Below, piece by piece: positions 37,532 through 45,749 of a stretch of 64,000 nucleotides of DNA; the stretch's first letter is position 1; each line of letters opens with the position of its first letter. The DNA lies in contig CAYGTP010000002.1 of the NCBI GenBank assembly GCA_964352875.1, positions 4,244-68,243 of the forward strand, written 5' to 3'. The notes under the pieces are model-generated. The model saw only the letters and a list, made by a program, of their open reading frames with translations. It had not been told where the DNA came from and did no database searches. The translations under genes were made by a program, and so were the position numbers. Source of the DNA: an uncultured Candidatus Saccharibacteria bacterium. Lineage in GTDB: Bacteria; Patescibacteriota; Minisyncoccia; Phycocordibacterales; UBA918.

Positions 37532-38509
37532 ATGAATAAGGCAGTAGTGGCAGTACTTCGTGGTGGTCCTGATGATGAACACCACGTGTCAATGGAAACT
37601 GGCTCGAGTGTGCTCTCAGCCCTCGTGGTTTCTCCGTATGCCAGCCGTGACGTCATTATTACCAAAGCGGGAGAATGGGTCGTGGATGGTTTTGTAAAAC
37701 GACCAGACCAAGCCCTGGCTGGCATCGATGTCACGTTCAACGCCCTCCATGGGCACTACGGCGAAGGTGGGGGAGTCCAGCGAGTGCTGCAACAAGTGGG
37801 CGTCCCCTACACCGGCAGCGGCATTTACCCAGCGGCAGCCTCCATCAACAAAGCTTTGGCCAAACAGTACGCCAAAAAAGCCGGCTTTCTCACCCCGGAG
37901 TTTTTTCGGGTCAGGCGCGAATCAGTCAATGATCCCTATCTCTTGGCTACCCAAATCGCCAAACTCTTTGGCCCCGACTATGTCATCAAGCCAACCTTGT
38001 CAGGGTCATCGAGAGGCTTGTTTTTTGCTTCAAGTGTAGCGGATTTAGCCTTTGGTCTCTCAGAATTATTAATGGAATACGAGGATATTTTAGTTGAAGA
38101 GCGCATCTATGGGCGAGAAATCGCCAGCGCCAGCCTAGAACGCTACCGCAATCAAGCCTTTTACCACTTGCCGCTGACGCAGGTAAAGCGGCCAGACGTA
38201 GTCGGAGTAGCACTCAATCCAGACGATTTTGTGAAAGCCAGTCAGTATGTCTGCCCAGCCCAGCTAGCGCGTGATGAACAATCAATGGTATACGAAGCCA
38301 CCAAGCAGATCCATACCGCACTCGGCTTGCGACAGTATTCATTAACTGATTTTATCTTGAGTGACAAAGGGCTGTATTTCCTAGAAATTAATTCGCAACC
38401 AGGTCTCACTCCGCGCTCGATCTTCCCCCAAGCAGCTGACGCTATTGGTGGCAGCTTTGTTTCATTGGTCGAACACTTGGTAGCTGATTCCTTCACTAAG
38501 CGGTATTGA
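37532..38509 (+). CDS. ddl: D-alanine--D-alanine ligase family protein
   Basis: VLRGGPDDEHHVSM, FNALHGHYGEGG, PYTGSG, VIKP..GSS, YFLEINSQPG. Confidence 0.88.
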   Translation: MNKAVVAVLRGGPDDEHHVSMETGSSVLSALVVSPYASRDVIITKAGEWVVDGFVKRPDQALAGIDVTFNALHGHYGEGGGVQRVLQQVGVPYTGSGIYPAAASINKALAKQYAKKAGFLTPEFFRVRRESVNDPYLLATQIAKLFGPDYVIKPTLSGSSRGLFFASSVADLAFGLSELLMEYEDILVEERIYGREIASASLERYRNQAFYHLPLTQVKRPDVVGVALNPDDFVKASQYVCPAQLARDEQSMVYEATKQIHTALGLRQYSLTDFILSDKGLYFLEINSQPGLTPRSIFPQAADAIGGSFVSLVEHLVADSFTKRY

Positions 38510-38572
38510 CTATAGAGCTGTAAGTCCGTATTATAGTGCCCACTTAAGTCAATAGCTTAATTGCCCACATAA

Positions 38573-38645
38573 GGGCTCGTAGCTCATCTGGTAGAGCGCC
38601 TCATTTGCACTGAGGAGGTAGCGGGTTCAAGTCCTGTCGAGTCCA
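38573..38645 (+). tRNA. tRNA-Ala(TGC)
   Basis: Cloverleaf: GGGCTCG/CGAGTCC acceptor with G3-U70, anticodon stem CCTCA/TGAGG around TT-TGC-AC, T-loop TTCAAGT; CCA not encoded. Confidence 0.97.
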
Positions 38646-38649
38646 CATT

Positions 38650-38674
38650 AAAACAGCCTTTCGAGGCTGTTTTT
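38650..38674 (+). terminator. Terminator-like hairpin after tRNA-Ala(TGC)
   Basis: AAAACAGCCT-TTCG-AGGCTGTTTTT. Confidence 0.6.
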
Positions 38675-38833
38675 GTGTGGACTCGAAGCAAGCAAACTGC
38701 TTTGCTTGTGTCAGGACTTGAACGCCGGAGACATGTCGAACGCAGCGGAGCGAGTACGACAGTCGAGGTGTGTCCCGCGGCACCTGCTAGATTGTGAGCA
38801 GAGCGAAACAATATAGCTTGGTGACCGTCAGGA

Positions 38834-38854
38834 CAAGTCCTGTCGAGTCCACCA
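38834..38854 (+). repeat. Direct repeat of the tRNA-Ala(TGC) 3' end (att-like), ending in CCA
   Basis: CAAGTCCTGTCGAGTCCAC identical to 38628-38646, followed by CA. Confidence 0.85.
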
Positions 38855-38873
38855 AACCTGTTGAAAAATCACC

Positions 38874-38899
38874 TTGTTACGTAACATGTTACGTAACAA
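38874..38899. promoter_or_regulatory. 26-bp palindrome of two tandem TGTTACGTAACA boxes; likely operator
   Basis: TTGTTACGTAACATGTTACGTAACAA, 9 nt upstream of an AbrB-like ORF. Confidence 0.65.
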
Positions 38900-38908
38900 A
38901 CTGTAGCT

Positions 38909-39070
38909 ATGAAGCAAAAACAAAATATTAGAAAAATAACTCGGGTAGGACAGCGGAGTTTAGCAGTAGTACTACCAGCCGCAATAGTGAAAGAGTTGGG
39001 GTGGCGAGAACGACAAAAGTTGGTGGTAAAGCGAGTAGGGAAGAGGGTGATAATTGAAGATTGGGAGTGA
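38909..39070 (+). CDS. AbrB/MazE/SpoVT-family small DNA-binding protein (53 aa, not in ORF track)
   Basis: MKQKQNIRKITRVGQRSLAVVLPAAIVKELGWRERQKLVVKRVGKRVIIEDWE; swapped-hairpin signature RKI..G..SL.V.LP..I.KELG. Confidence 0.8.
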   Translation: MKQKQNIRKITRVGQRSLAVVLPAAIVKELGWRERQKLVVKRVGKRVIIEDWE

Positions 39071-39097
39071 TTATATCACGCTGCTCGAACCGCTTTC

Positions 39098-39541
39098 ATG
39101 AAAGCCACCAAAACTCAGAAGGAGTTGGTCATTTTTACCACCGGCCGCAAGCAGGTAAAGCTGCGCGGCGATTTTCGTAATGAGACACTCTGGGCTACTC
39201 AGGCAGAACTAGTGAAGCTGTTTGACGTTGATCAATCTGTTATTTCTCGCCATATACAAAATATCTTTAAAGATGCTGAGGTAGAGCAGGAAAGCAATAT
39301 GCAAAAAATGCATATTGCAAATTCTGACAAGCCAGTAACACTATATTCCTTAGATATCGTTCTAGCAGTGGGGTATAGAACTAACTCAGCAGTAGCAATT
39401 AAGTTCCGTCAATGGGCCACTACCGTCCTCCGGCAACACATAACCGACGGCTATACCATTAACCGGTCGCGCATCGGTGAAAACTACGAAGCCTTTATGG
39501 CGGCGGTTGAAAATCTCAAAGCCCTGGCGCCTGCCCGGTAG
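39098..39541 (+). CDS. RhuM-family (virulence RhuM) protein, N-terminal domain only; possibly truncated
   Basis: ETLWATQAEL..LF.VD.SVISRHI.NIF..E, KPV.LYSLD..LAVGYRTNS..A.KFRQWAT.VLR; only 147 aa. Confidence 0.75.
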   Translation: MKATKTQKELVIFTTGRKQVKLRGDFRNETLWATQAELVKLFDVDQSVISRHIQNIFKDAEVEQESNMQKMHIANSDKPVTLYSLDIVLAVGYRTNSAVAIKFRQWATTVLRQHITDGYTINRSRIGENYEAFMAAVENLKALAPAR

Positions 39542-39543
39542 TA

Positions 39544-39581
39544 ACAGACGCCCGGCCCGCTCACGCTCGCCGGGCGTTTGT
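39544..39581 (+). terminator. GC-rich hairpin (terminator or REP-like)
   Basis: ACAGACGCCCGGC-12 nt-GCCGGGCGTTTGT. Confidence 0.5.
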
Positions 39582-39605
39582 GCGGTTTGGTATACTCAGG
39601 CGGTT

Positions 39606-40751
39606 ATGTCTTTCAAATTCCATCTGCTGATTATTGGTGTTGTGGCAGTGCTGTCTGTGCTCGCGTTTCTATGGTGGCCGCAGCTTGCGCTCGAGTGGGG
39701 TACTGCCGCTACTTCCACCGCTTCATTCACCGACACCGAAGCGGGCTTTGAGGCAGAGCCAGAGAATGGTGATGTCGCAGCGCACCTCACCGCAACTCCG
39801 ACGCCCGAGTACCGAGTGGGACGCGGGCAGTACACGCTCGCCGAGCTAGCTAGCTGGGAACGGCCCGCTGGTCCGCTGCGGGTGGGAGTGCAGATTGGCC
39901 ACCTCGATAATGGCGATGTGCCAGAGGAACTCTCGGGCCTGACACGCAATGGCGCCGGGGCAGTCTGGGGGCCATACAACGAACGCGACACGATGGCCGT
40001 GATTGCCGAGCTCGTTGCGGCTGAACTCCGAGCAAATGACATTGAAGTAGAACTGCTGCCAGCGGTGGTGCCACCCGGCTATGTAGCTGATGCGTTTGTC
40101 TCCATCCATGCTGATGGAAATACCAATGAATCAGTGCGGGGGTTTAAGATTGCTGGTCCACGGCGCGACTACGCCGGCACCTCCGAAGCGCTGGTCGACG
40201 CGCTGTACGAGAGCTACGCTGCCGCGACTGGTCTCCCGCAAGACCCGTCCATCTCGCGCCGCATGACCGCCTATTACGCCTTCAACTGGCCACGCTATGA
40301 GCACGCGATCCATCCTTTCACCCCATCGGTGATTGTCGAGACGGGCTTTCTCACCAACGCAGCCGACCGCGCTTTTCTACTCAATGAACCAGAACGTGCT
40401 GCCGCCGGCATCGCGGCCGGCATTGTAGCGTTTCTTGAGAGTAATCCAGAGCCGGTGCCGCCACCGGGCTCGCTCACTGCGCCGGCCTTGCCACTTTCTG
40501 GCGCCGTCGAATGCGCACCGGTGCGTGCTGAACGTCGCGACCGCGATAGCCGTCCGTGTGAGGCGGCGCTACGCGATGCCGACGGCTACCATTACCTCCT
40601 CCTGTCTGAGCCTCCGCTGGCCACCAGTAGCCTGCCGTACGAAGCGACAATCTCTGGGCAGTATATGCCGGTGCAGGTGCTTGATAATTACTTTTGGTTT
40701 CAGTACGAAGTGCGTGGACTTATTATAGTCGAAGATATTGAATCAGAATGA
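39606..40751 (+). CDS. N-acetylmuramoyl-L-alanine amidase (Amidase_3 family), membrane-anchored
   Basis: RVGVQIGH, NERD, AFVSIHAD, PSVIVETGFLTN motifs; N-terminal TM from ATG 39606; visibly GC-richer than flanks. Confidence 0.85.
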   Translation: MSFKFHLLIIGVVAVLSVLAFLWWPQLALEWGTAATSTASFTDTEAGFEAEPENGDVAAHLTATPTPEYRVGRGQYTLAELASWERPAGPLRVGVQIGHLDNGDVPEELSGLTRNGAGAVWGPYNERDTMAVIAELVAAELRANDIEVELLPAVVPPGYVADAFVSIHADGNTNESVRGFKIAGPRRDYAGTSEALVDALYESYAAATGLPQDPSISRRMTAYYAFNWPRYEHAIHPFTPSVIVETGFLTNAADRAFLLNEPERAAAGIAAGIVAFLESNPEPVPPPGSLTAPALPLSGAVECAPVRAERRDRDSRPCEAALRDADGYHYLLLSEPPLATSSLPYEATISGQYMPVQVLDNYFWFQYEVRGLIIVEDIESE

Positions 40752-40777
40752 TTTAAGAGTTCGTGTATAATCCATCT

Positions 40778-41623
40778 ATGACAACCGAAGAAAAATTCAA
40801 CGATTTAAAATATATAGTTGAAGGCATAGGGAAGCGGGCGCACGATTATTTTAACTCTGCTAGTGTTGATAATGAACAAAAGGCCGATGGTTCGGTGGTT
40901 ACTGAGATTGATAAAGCGATCGAACGATCTATTCGTGAATATATCCTCGTCAATTTCCCTGACGACACCATTATTGGTGAAGAACAAGATACGAGAGAAG
41001 GAACGAGCGGGTATGTGTGGCACGTCGATCCGATTGATGGCACGGACAATTTTCTTAGAAAGATTCCGTTTTTCGCTATTTCCATTGCACGCTTGGGTGA
41101 CACTCCGGCTGAGTCGTTTGCGATTATTCATAATCCCACCACCAAGCAAACTTTTTCGACTTTTATGGAAACAGAAGGTGGGGTGTTTGAAAATGAAAAG
41201 ATCTGTGAACTTTCAGCCGAACCGCTGGGCGGGAAGTTAATTATGTCGGTCGGGCGTGGCGGTGAGCCGTGGATGAAGAAAGCATTCTATCCTTTGTCTA
41301 AAAAAATCGGTCTCAAGTATGGACGCTGTGCATCATACAACTGTACCGCACTCGAGTTGGCGTACGTTGCAGCCAACAGAATTGACGCTTATCTAACGTA
41401 CGGTCTGCATACGTGGGACTACGCCGCTGGATTTTTCCTCGTCAAGGCAGCCGGCGGAGCGATCAGTGTATTTGAGAACGGAGAGTGGCAACGCTGGGAT
41501 AAAAGCATCAAGGAACTCTGTTCTGAGCACGGTAGATTCATCTTTACCTCTCATCCTGACATGCACGAAGAGTTTTTGACTGAGATAGGGAAACCAACGG
41601 AGTGGGAAGGGAGGGAGGAATGA
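40778..41623 (+). CDS. Inositol monophosphatase family protein
   Basis: VVTEID, IIGEE, WHVDPIDGTDNF, HTWDYAAG; TATAAT 6 nt upstream of ATG 40778. Confidence 0.9.
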   Translation: MTTEEKFNDLKYIVEGIGKRAHDYFNSASVDNEQKADGSVVTEIDKAIERSIREYILVNFPDDTIIGEEQDTREGTSGYVWHVDPIDGTDNFLRKIPFFAISIARLGDTPAESFAIIHNPTTKQTFSTFMETEGGVFENEKICELSAEPLGGKLIMSVGRGGEPWMKKAFYPLSKKIGLKYGRCASYNCTALELAYVAANRIDAYLTYGLHTWDYAAGFFLVKAAGGAISVFENGEWQRWDKSIKELCSEHGRFIFTSHPDMHEEFLTEIGKPTEWEGREE

Positions 41624-41629
41624 TTTGTT

Positions 41630-41902
41630 GGGAATCGAACTCTGCTAATTCAGTACTGGTTGTTGCTATGGGGTGGGGAATCGACTATTTCTACACTCCT
41701 CTCCGTCGGTAGAAATATTGTTCGCGATCTTGACTCATTTGCCCCAAGGCAATCAACGGGGAATCTTTCGTTACACGAACAGTATACCTTGTGGCTATAT
41801 TATTTCGCTCTGCTCATAATCTAGCGCACAAGGTCTTCGATTCCCACGTAACGTGCCCCCGGCACGTTACTCGCGGGTCCACTCATTCACTTTGTTCATT
41901 CG
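41630..41902 (-). other. tRNA-associated structured element (split antisense tRNA copy, conserved hairpin, degenerate T-arm copies)
   Basis: Minus strand: GTGGACCCGCG-A[hairpin]GT-GGGAATCGAA (41882-41836); shared hairpin 41825-41794; T-arm fragments at 41765-41757, 41684-41675, 41640-41630. Confidence 0.7.
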
Positions 41903-41973
41903 TGGACCCGCGGGGAATCGAACCCCGAATTCATCCATGCCATGGATGTGTGTTACCGTTATACCACGGGCCC
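41903..41973 (-). tRNA. tRNA-Ala(GGC)
   Basis: GGGCCCG/CGGGTCC acceptor with G3-U70, anticodon stem CATCC/GGATG around AT-GGC-AT (A32-U38, typical of tRNA-Ala GGC), T-loop TTCGATT; CCA not encoded. Confidence 0.95.
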
Positions 41974-42207
41974 AAGTTGGCGAGATTTTAGCATAGTTTT
42001 GCTGAATATCTAATTATTGTAGGGTACTACCGCAAGCACTTCCATTTTGCGTACAATTTGGTAGTATAGCGGGGAAGCAACGGATAGTTGCGGGACAGAA
42101 TTAGGAATCGAATAGAAATTCTATTCTCGTTTTGTCTCGCAGCGCCAGCTTCACTGGTAGCTCGTATGGTATTGCCATACTCGTATAGTATTTTCCCCGT
42201 TCCTAGC

Positions 42208-42235
42208 TTGACTAACTACCCAAAGGCGGTAGTAT
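42208..42235 (+). promoter_or_regulatory. Putative sigma70 promoter of the V-ATPase operon
   Basis: TTGACT-16 nt-TAGTAT about 105 nt upstream of the first gene. Confidence 0.4.
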
Positions 42236-42339
42236 GCAGTCGCACAAATGACGTTCTCAGAAAGGAGAATTCTACTCGGTGCGCTTGGTAGGCTGTCGAC
42301 TTACGTTTGGAGAGAGTGCTATCAAACTAAGTATATTTT

Positions 42340-42651
42340 ATGTCAGTAATTGAAGAAATTAAAGCCGCTGAAGCGGCAGCAGTACAAACTATCGAAGACG
42401 CCAAAATTGAAGGCGCTCGGCTCGTTGCTGAAGCGCAAACAGCTCAAAAATCAACCCTTGATGCCACCAAAAAGCAGCTTCAAGACATTGAGGTTGCCTC
42501 ACTGCAATCACATCAGGTAGTGATTAATGACAAGCAGCAAAAAATTGCAGCTGAAGCCGCTGATACCGTGGCTGCGTTTGAAACTACAGTCAAGGCTGCT
42601 GCAGGTGCCCATAAAGACTTGATAAAAAAGACTTTTCTCTCAAGTAACTAG
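42340..42651 (+). CDS. V/A-type ATPase peripheral stalk subunit G/H
   Basis: IEEIKAAEAAA..IEDAK.E coiled coil; first gene of the operon. Confidence 0.75.
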   Translation: MSVIEEIKAAEAAAVQTIEDAKIEGARLVAEAQTAQKSTLDATKKQLQDIEVASLQSHQVVINDKQQKIAAEAADTVAAFETTVKAAAGAHKDLIKKTFLSSN

Positions 42652-42660
42652 ATACATTTT

Positions 42661-44643
42661 ATGGCAGTTCTCCAGATGCAAAAACTCCGCTTGGTCATAC
42701 ATCAAAACGATGTCAATCGTCTGTTAGAACTAGTGCAACCAAGCGCTGCCGTTGAATTTATTGATACTAATACTGATGATTTGGTTGAGATAGCGGTAAT
42801 ATTTACGCACCAGGAGTTGCTTACCCACGTGCAGCAAGCCATTTTGTTTTTAGGAAATCATGAAGTAGCACCGGGGATGTGGCATACATTGCGAAATGGC
42901 TCTTTTACTACTCTTTCCGAAGCTGACATCAAAACCGCAGCTACTGATACTACGGTTATAAAGTCGTTATTAGAGCAAACTGATACACTGCAAGCCAACT
43001 ATACGGCAGCACAAAATGAAGTCAAAACCCTTACGGATCAAATTGCTGCCCTGACGGCCTGGCAAAGGCTGCCCTTTGCAGTCTCGGATTGCCAAACCAG
43101 CACTACCACCACATATCTCTTGGAATACGTAGGGAAGAAGCCATCGGTAGTAAGTCAGATTGTACAAACCCTTACTGAACGAAGCCAAGAAGCCGAACTA
43201 GCAGTGGTAGCGACGGCAATCAGTGATACACAATTGACCCTGACGGTACATACTGAAACGGTAACGATGTCACAAGTTACTGCACTGCTGGACGACCTTG
43301 AAATAACTATTGCAGCCGACCTCCCAGGTACTGAATTACCTACGATTGAATTACAACGGACACAAGAACGACTGACGAATGCTACCGTATCCTTGGCGGC
43401 TATCTCAGCTCAGTGTGCAAATTTTGCTAACGCTCACCTCCGTGAGCTTAGAATTTGTGGGGAAGTACTCAACTGGGAGCGCGATCGTGTTAGTGCTTTA
43501 GCGACTGCGAAAGCCACTGCCGAAACTACCGTGATGGATGCCTGGGTAGTAGCCGACTATCGCCCGACTTTAGAAAGAGTTATTGCAAATAATCATATAG
43601 CCGCAGTCATTCAAGATCTAGAACTAGAAGCCGATGAAGAACCACCAGTTGAGATTCGTAATTCTGAATTTTTCAAGCCGTTTGAAGTGATTACTAGACT
43701 CTATGGTATGCCGGGTTATAAAGACTTAGATCCAACTGCGTTCTTGGCAGGTTTCTTCTTTCTATTTTTCGGTTTGTCACTTACGGATGTAGGGTACGGT
43801 GCCTTTTTGATGATTGTATCAGTTGGAGTATTAACATTGTTTGTCGTCCCACCAATTGTCCGAACTTTTACAAAACTGTTATTTTTGATGGGCCTTGGTT
43901 CTTTTTTGGTTGGGTTACTCTTTGGTGGATATCTTGGAATTGCACCAGAATCACTACCAGCTGTGCTTCGAGCCATCCAAGTATTTGATCCAATTGGTAA
44001 CCCGTTGCCAGTCTTTTATCTCGCGCTTGGTCTCGGCGTCTTCCAAGTAATGGTTGGTATGGTACTTAAAATATACAGTGAGGCACGTAATAACCGTCTG
44101 GTATCAGGGTTACTGGATCAAGGTCCATGGTTGTTCGTATTCTGTCTGGGTATTGCGTATATTGGGGTAGTGACTGGATACCTCAGTGGTATCACTGAAT
44201 CGCAACTGATCAACCTTATGTACGTCGGGGTAGTACTCATCGTGGTTGCCAGTGGCCGGCACGGAAAGACGTTTTTTGAAATGATCCAAAAAAGTCTCCT
44301 CAGCCTTTACGATAGTATCGGATATTTTTCAGACATCCTTTCGTACTCTAGACTCTTAGCACTTGGATTAGCCACTACTGCACTAGCTTTTGCAGTTAAC
44401 CTTATTGCTGAAATTGTCAGTGACTCAGTGCCATATCTGGGGCCAGTGCTTGCAATCGTTGTGCTCGTTATCGGCCACCTTTTCACCCTGGCCGTGAACA
44501 CACTAGGAGCATTTATTCACAGCGCTCGACTTCAATTTGTAGAGTTTTTTGGCAAGTTCATTAGTGGAACTGGCCGAGAATTCAAACCGCTGGCTAGGTC
44601 CTATCGCTACATCGCAGCCAAGGACGAGTCGTCATCGGCTTGA
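42661..44643 (+). CDS. ntpI: V/A-type ATPase subunit I (a)
   Basis: YGMPGYKDLDPT, FFGLSLTDVGYG, DILSYSRLLALGLAT, HSARLQFVEFFGKF. Confidence 0.95.
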   Translation: MAVLQMQKLRLVIHQNDVNRLLELVQPSAAVEFIDTNTDDLVEIAVIFTHQELLTHVQQAILFLGNHEVAPGMWHTLRNGSFTTLSEADIKTAATDTTVIKSLLEQTDTLQANYTAAQNEVKTLTDQIAALTAWQRLPFAVSDCQTSTTTTYLLEYVGKKPSVVSQIVQTLTERSQEAELAVVATAISDTQLTLTVHTETVTMSQVTALLDDLEITIAADLPGTELPTIELQRTQERLTNATVSLAAISAQCANFANAHLRELRICGEVLNWERDRVSALATAKATAETTVMDAWVVADYRPTLERVIANNHIAAVIQDLELEADEEPPVEIRNSEFFKPFEVITRLYGMPGYKDLDPTAFLAGFFFLFFGLSLTDVGYGAFLMIVSVGVLTLFVVPPIVRTFTKLLFLMGLGSFLVGLLFGGYLGIAPESLPAVLRAIQVFDPIGNPLPVFYLALGLGVFQVMVGMVLKIYSEARNNRLVSGLLDQGPWLFVFCLGIAYIGVVTGYLSGITESQLINLMYVGVVLIVVASGRHGKTFFEMIQKSLLSLYDSIGYFSDILSYSRLLALGLATTALAFAVNLIAEIVSDSVPYLGPVLAIVVLVIGHLFTLAVNTLGAFIHSARLQFVEFFGKFISGTGREFKPLARSYRYIAAKDESSSA

Positions 44644-44672
44644 AGCGGAAATTAACAGTATTATTACACTAA

Positions 44673-45164
<492 letters not shown>

Positions 45165-45166
45165 TC

Positions 45167-45742
45167 ATGAGTACTAACCCTCTCATTACTAAAATCAATA
45201 CTGATGCTAAAGCCAAGGCTGACGCAGTTTTGGTAGAGGCTAAGCAAACAGTCGGTCAGATCGAACAGGCGATGGCAACAGCAGTAGCCGACCTCGAATC
45301 AGTCGCTAAGGACCGTTTAGCAAAACGCATGAAGCAAGCTGAATTGGTAGCGCTAGCCAAAGCAACTCAGGCCGGAAAGTTGGCTTTGCAGCAAGCCAAA
45401 CGATCATATCTAGACGCACTGTTTGCTTCAGTGTATACCGAACTTAGTGAATTATCAGACACTGACTACATAGCACTTGTAACCAGTATTGCTGCTAATG
45501 TGCTGCCAGCAGACTTGCAGACAGTGACCGTAGCTTCCTACCCAAGTAACCGACAAGCTCTCACTGAATCTCTACTTAAGACATTACATATTACTGCTGT
45601 AACTATGCAAGTAGATGATTCTCTTGATGCTGGCATGATACTTGAAACAGCTGACGGAGTGTATGACATTACACTCAATCGCGTATTTAGCGAGCGCCGA
45701 ACTGATTTAGAAATCAAAATTGCCGCATCGCTCAACGCATAA
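45167..45742 (+). CDS. ntpE: V/A-type ATPase subunit E
   Basis: Operon position after K; N-terminal coiled coil; C-terminal AGMILET..DITL. Confidence 0.8.
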   Translation: MSTNPLITKINTDAKAKADAVLVEAKQTVGQIEQAMATAVADLESVAKDRLAKRMKQAELVALAKATQAGKLALQQAKRSYLDALFASVYTELSELSDTDYIALVTSIAANVLPADLQTVTVASYPSNRQALTESLLKTLHITAVTMQVDDSLDAGMILETADGVYDITLNRVFSERRTDLEIKIAASLNA

Positions 45743-45749
45743 TCTCTGT

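Larger units (their letters stand above)
38646..38854 (+). other. tRNA-associated structured element (split antisense tRNA copy, conserved hairpin, direct repeat of tRNA 3' end)
   Basis: GTGGACTCGA-A[hairpin]GT-CAGGACTTGAAC 38677-38723; shared hairpin 38786-38817; CAAGTCCTGTCGAGTCCACCA 38834-38854. Confidence 0.75.

Noticed and set aside
38573-38854. Group I intron-containing tRNA
   Set aside because: The tRNA is complete and uninterrupted, and the trailer lacks recognisable P/Q/R/S elements or a terminal G at the junction; kept only as an unexplained element
39477-39605. N-terminal extension of the amidase ORF (similar over-long starts at 16343, 26921, 45107, 60554, 62620)
   Set aside because: The extensions overlap upstream genes or hairpins; downstream ATGs give family-typical N-termini
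42236-42300. c-di-GMP-I (GEMM) riboswitch
   Set aside because: Superficial CGCACA..GAAAG..GGTAGG similarity, but the GGCAAAC and GCAAAGC conserved segments are absent
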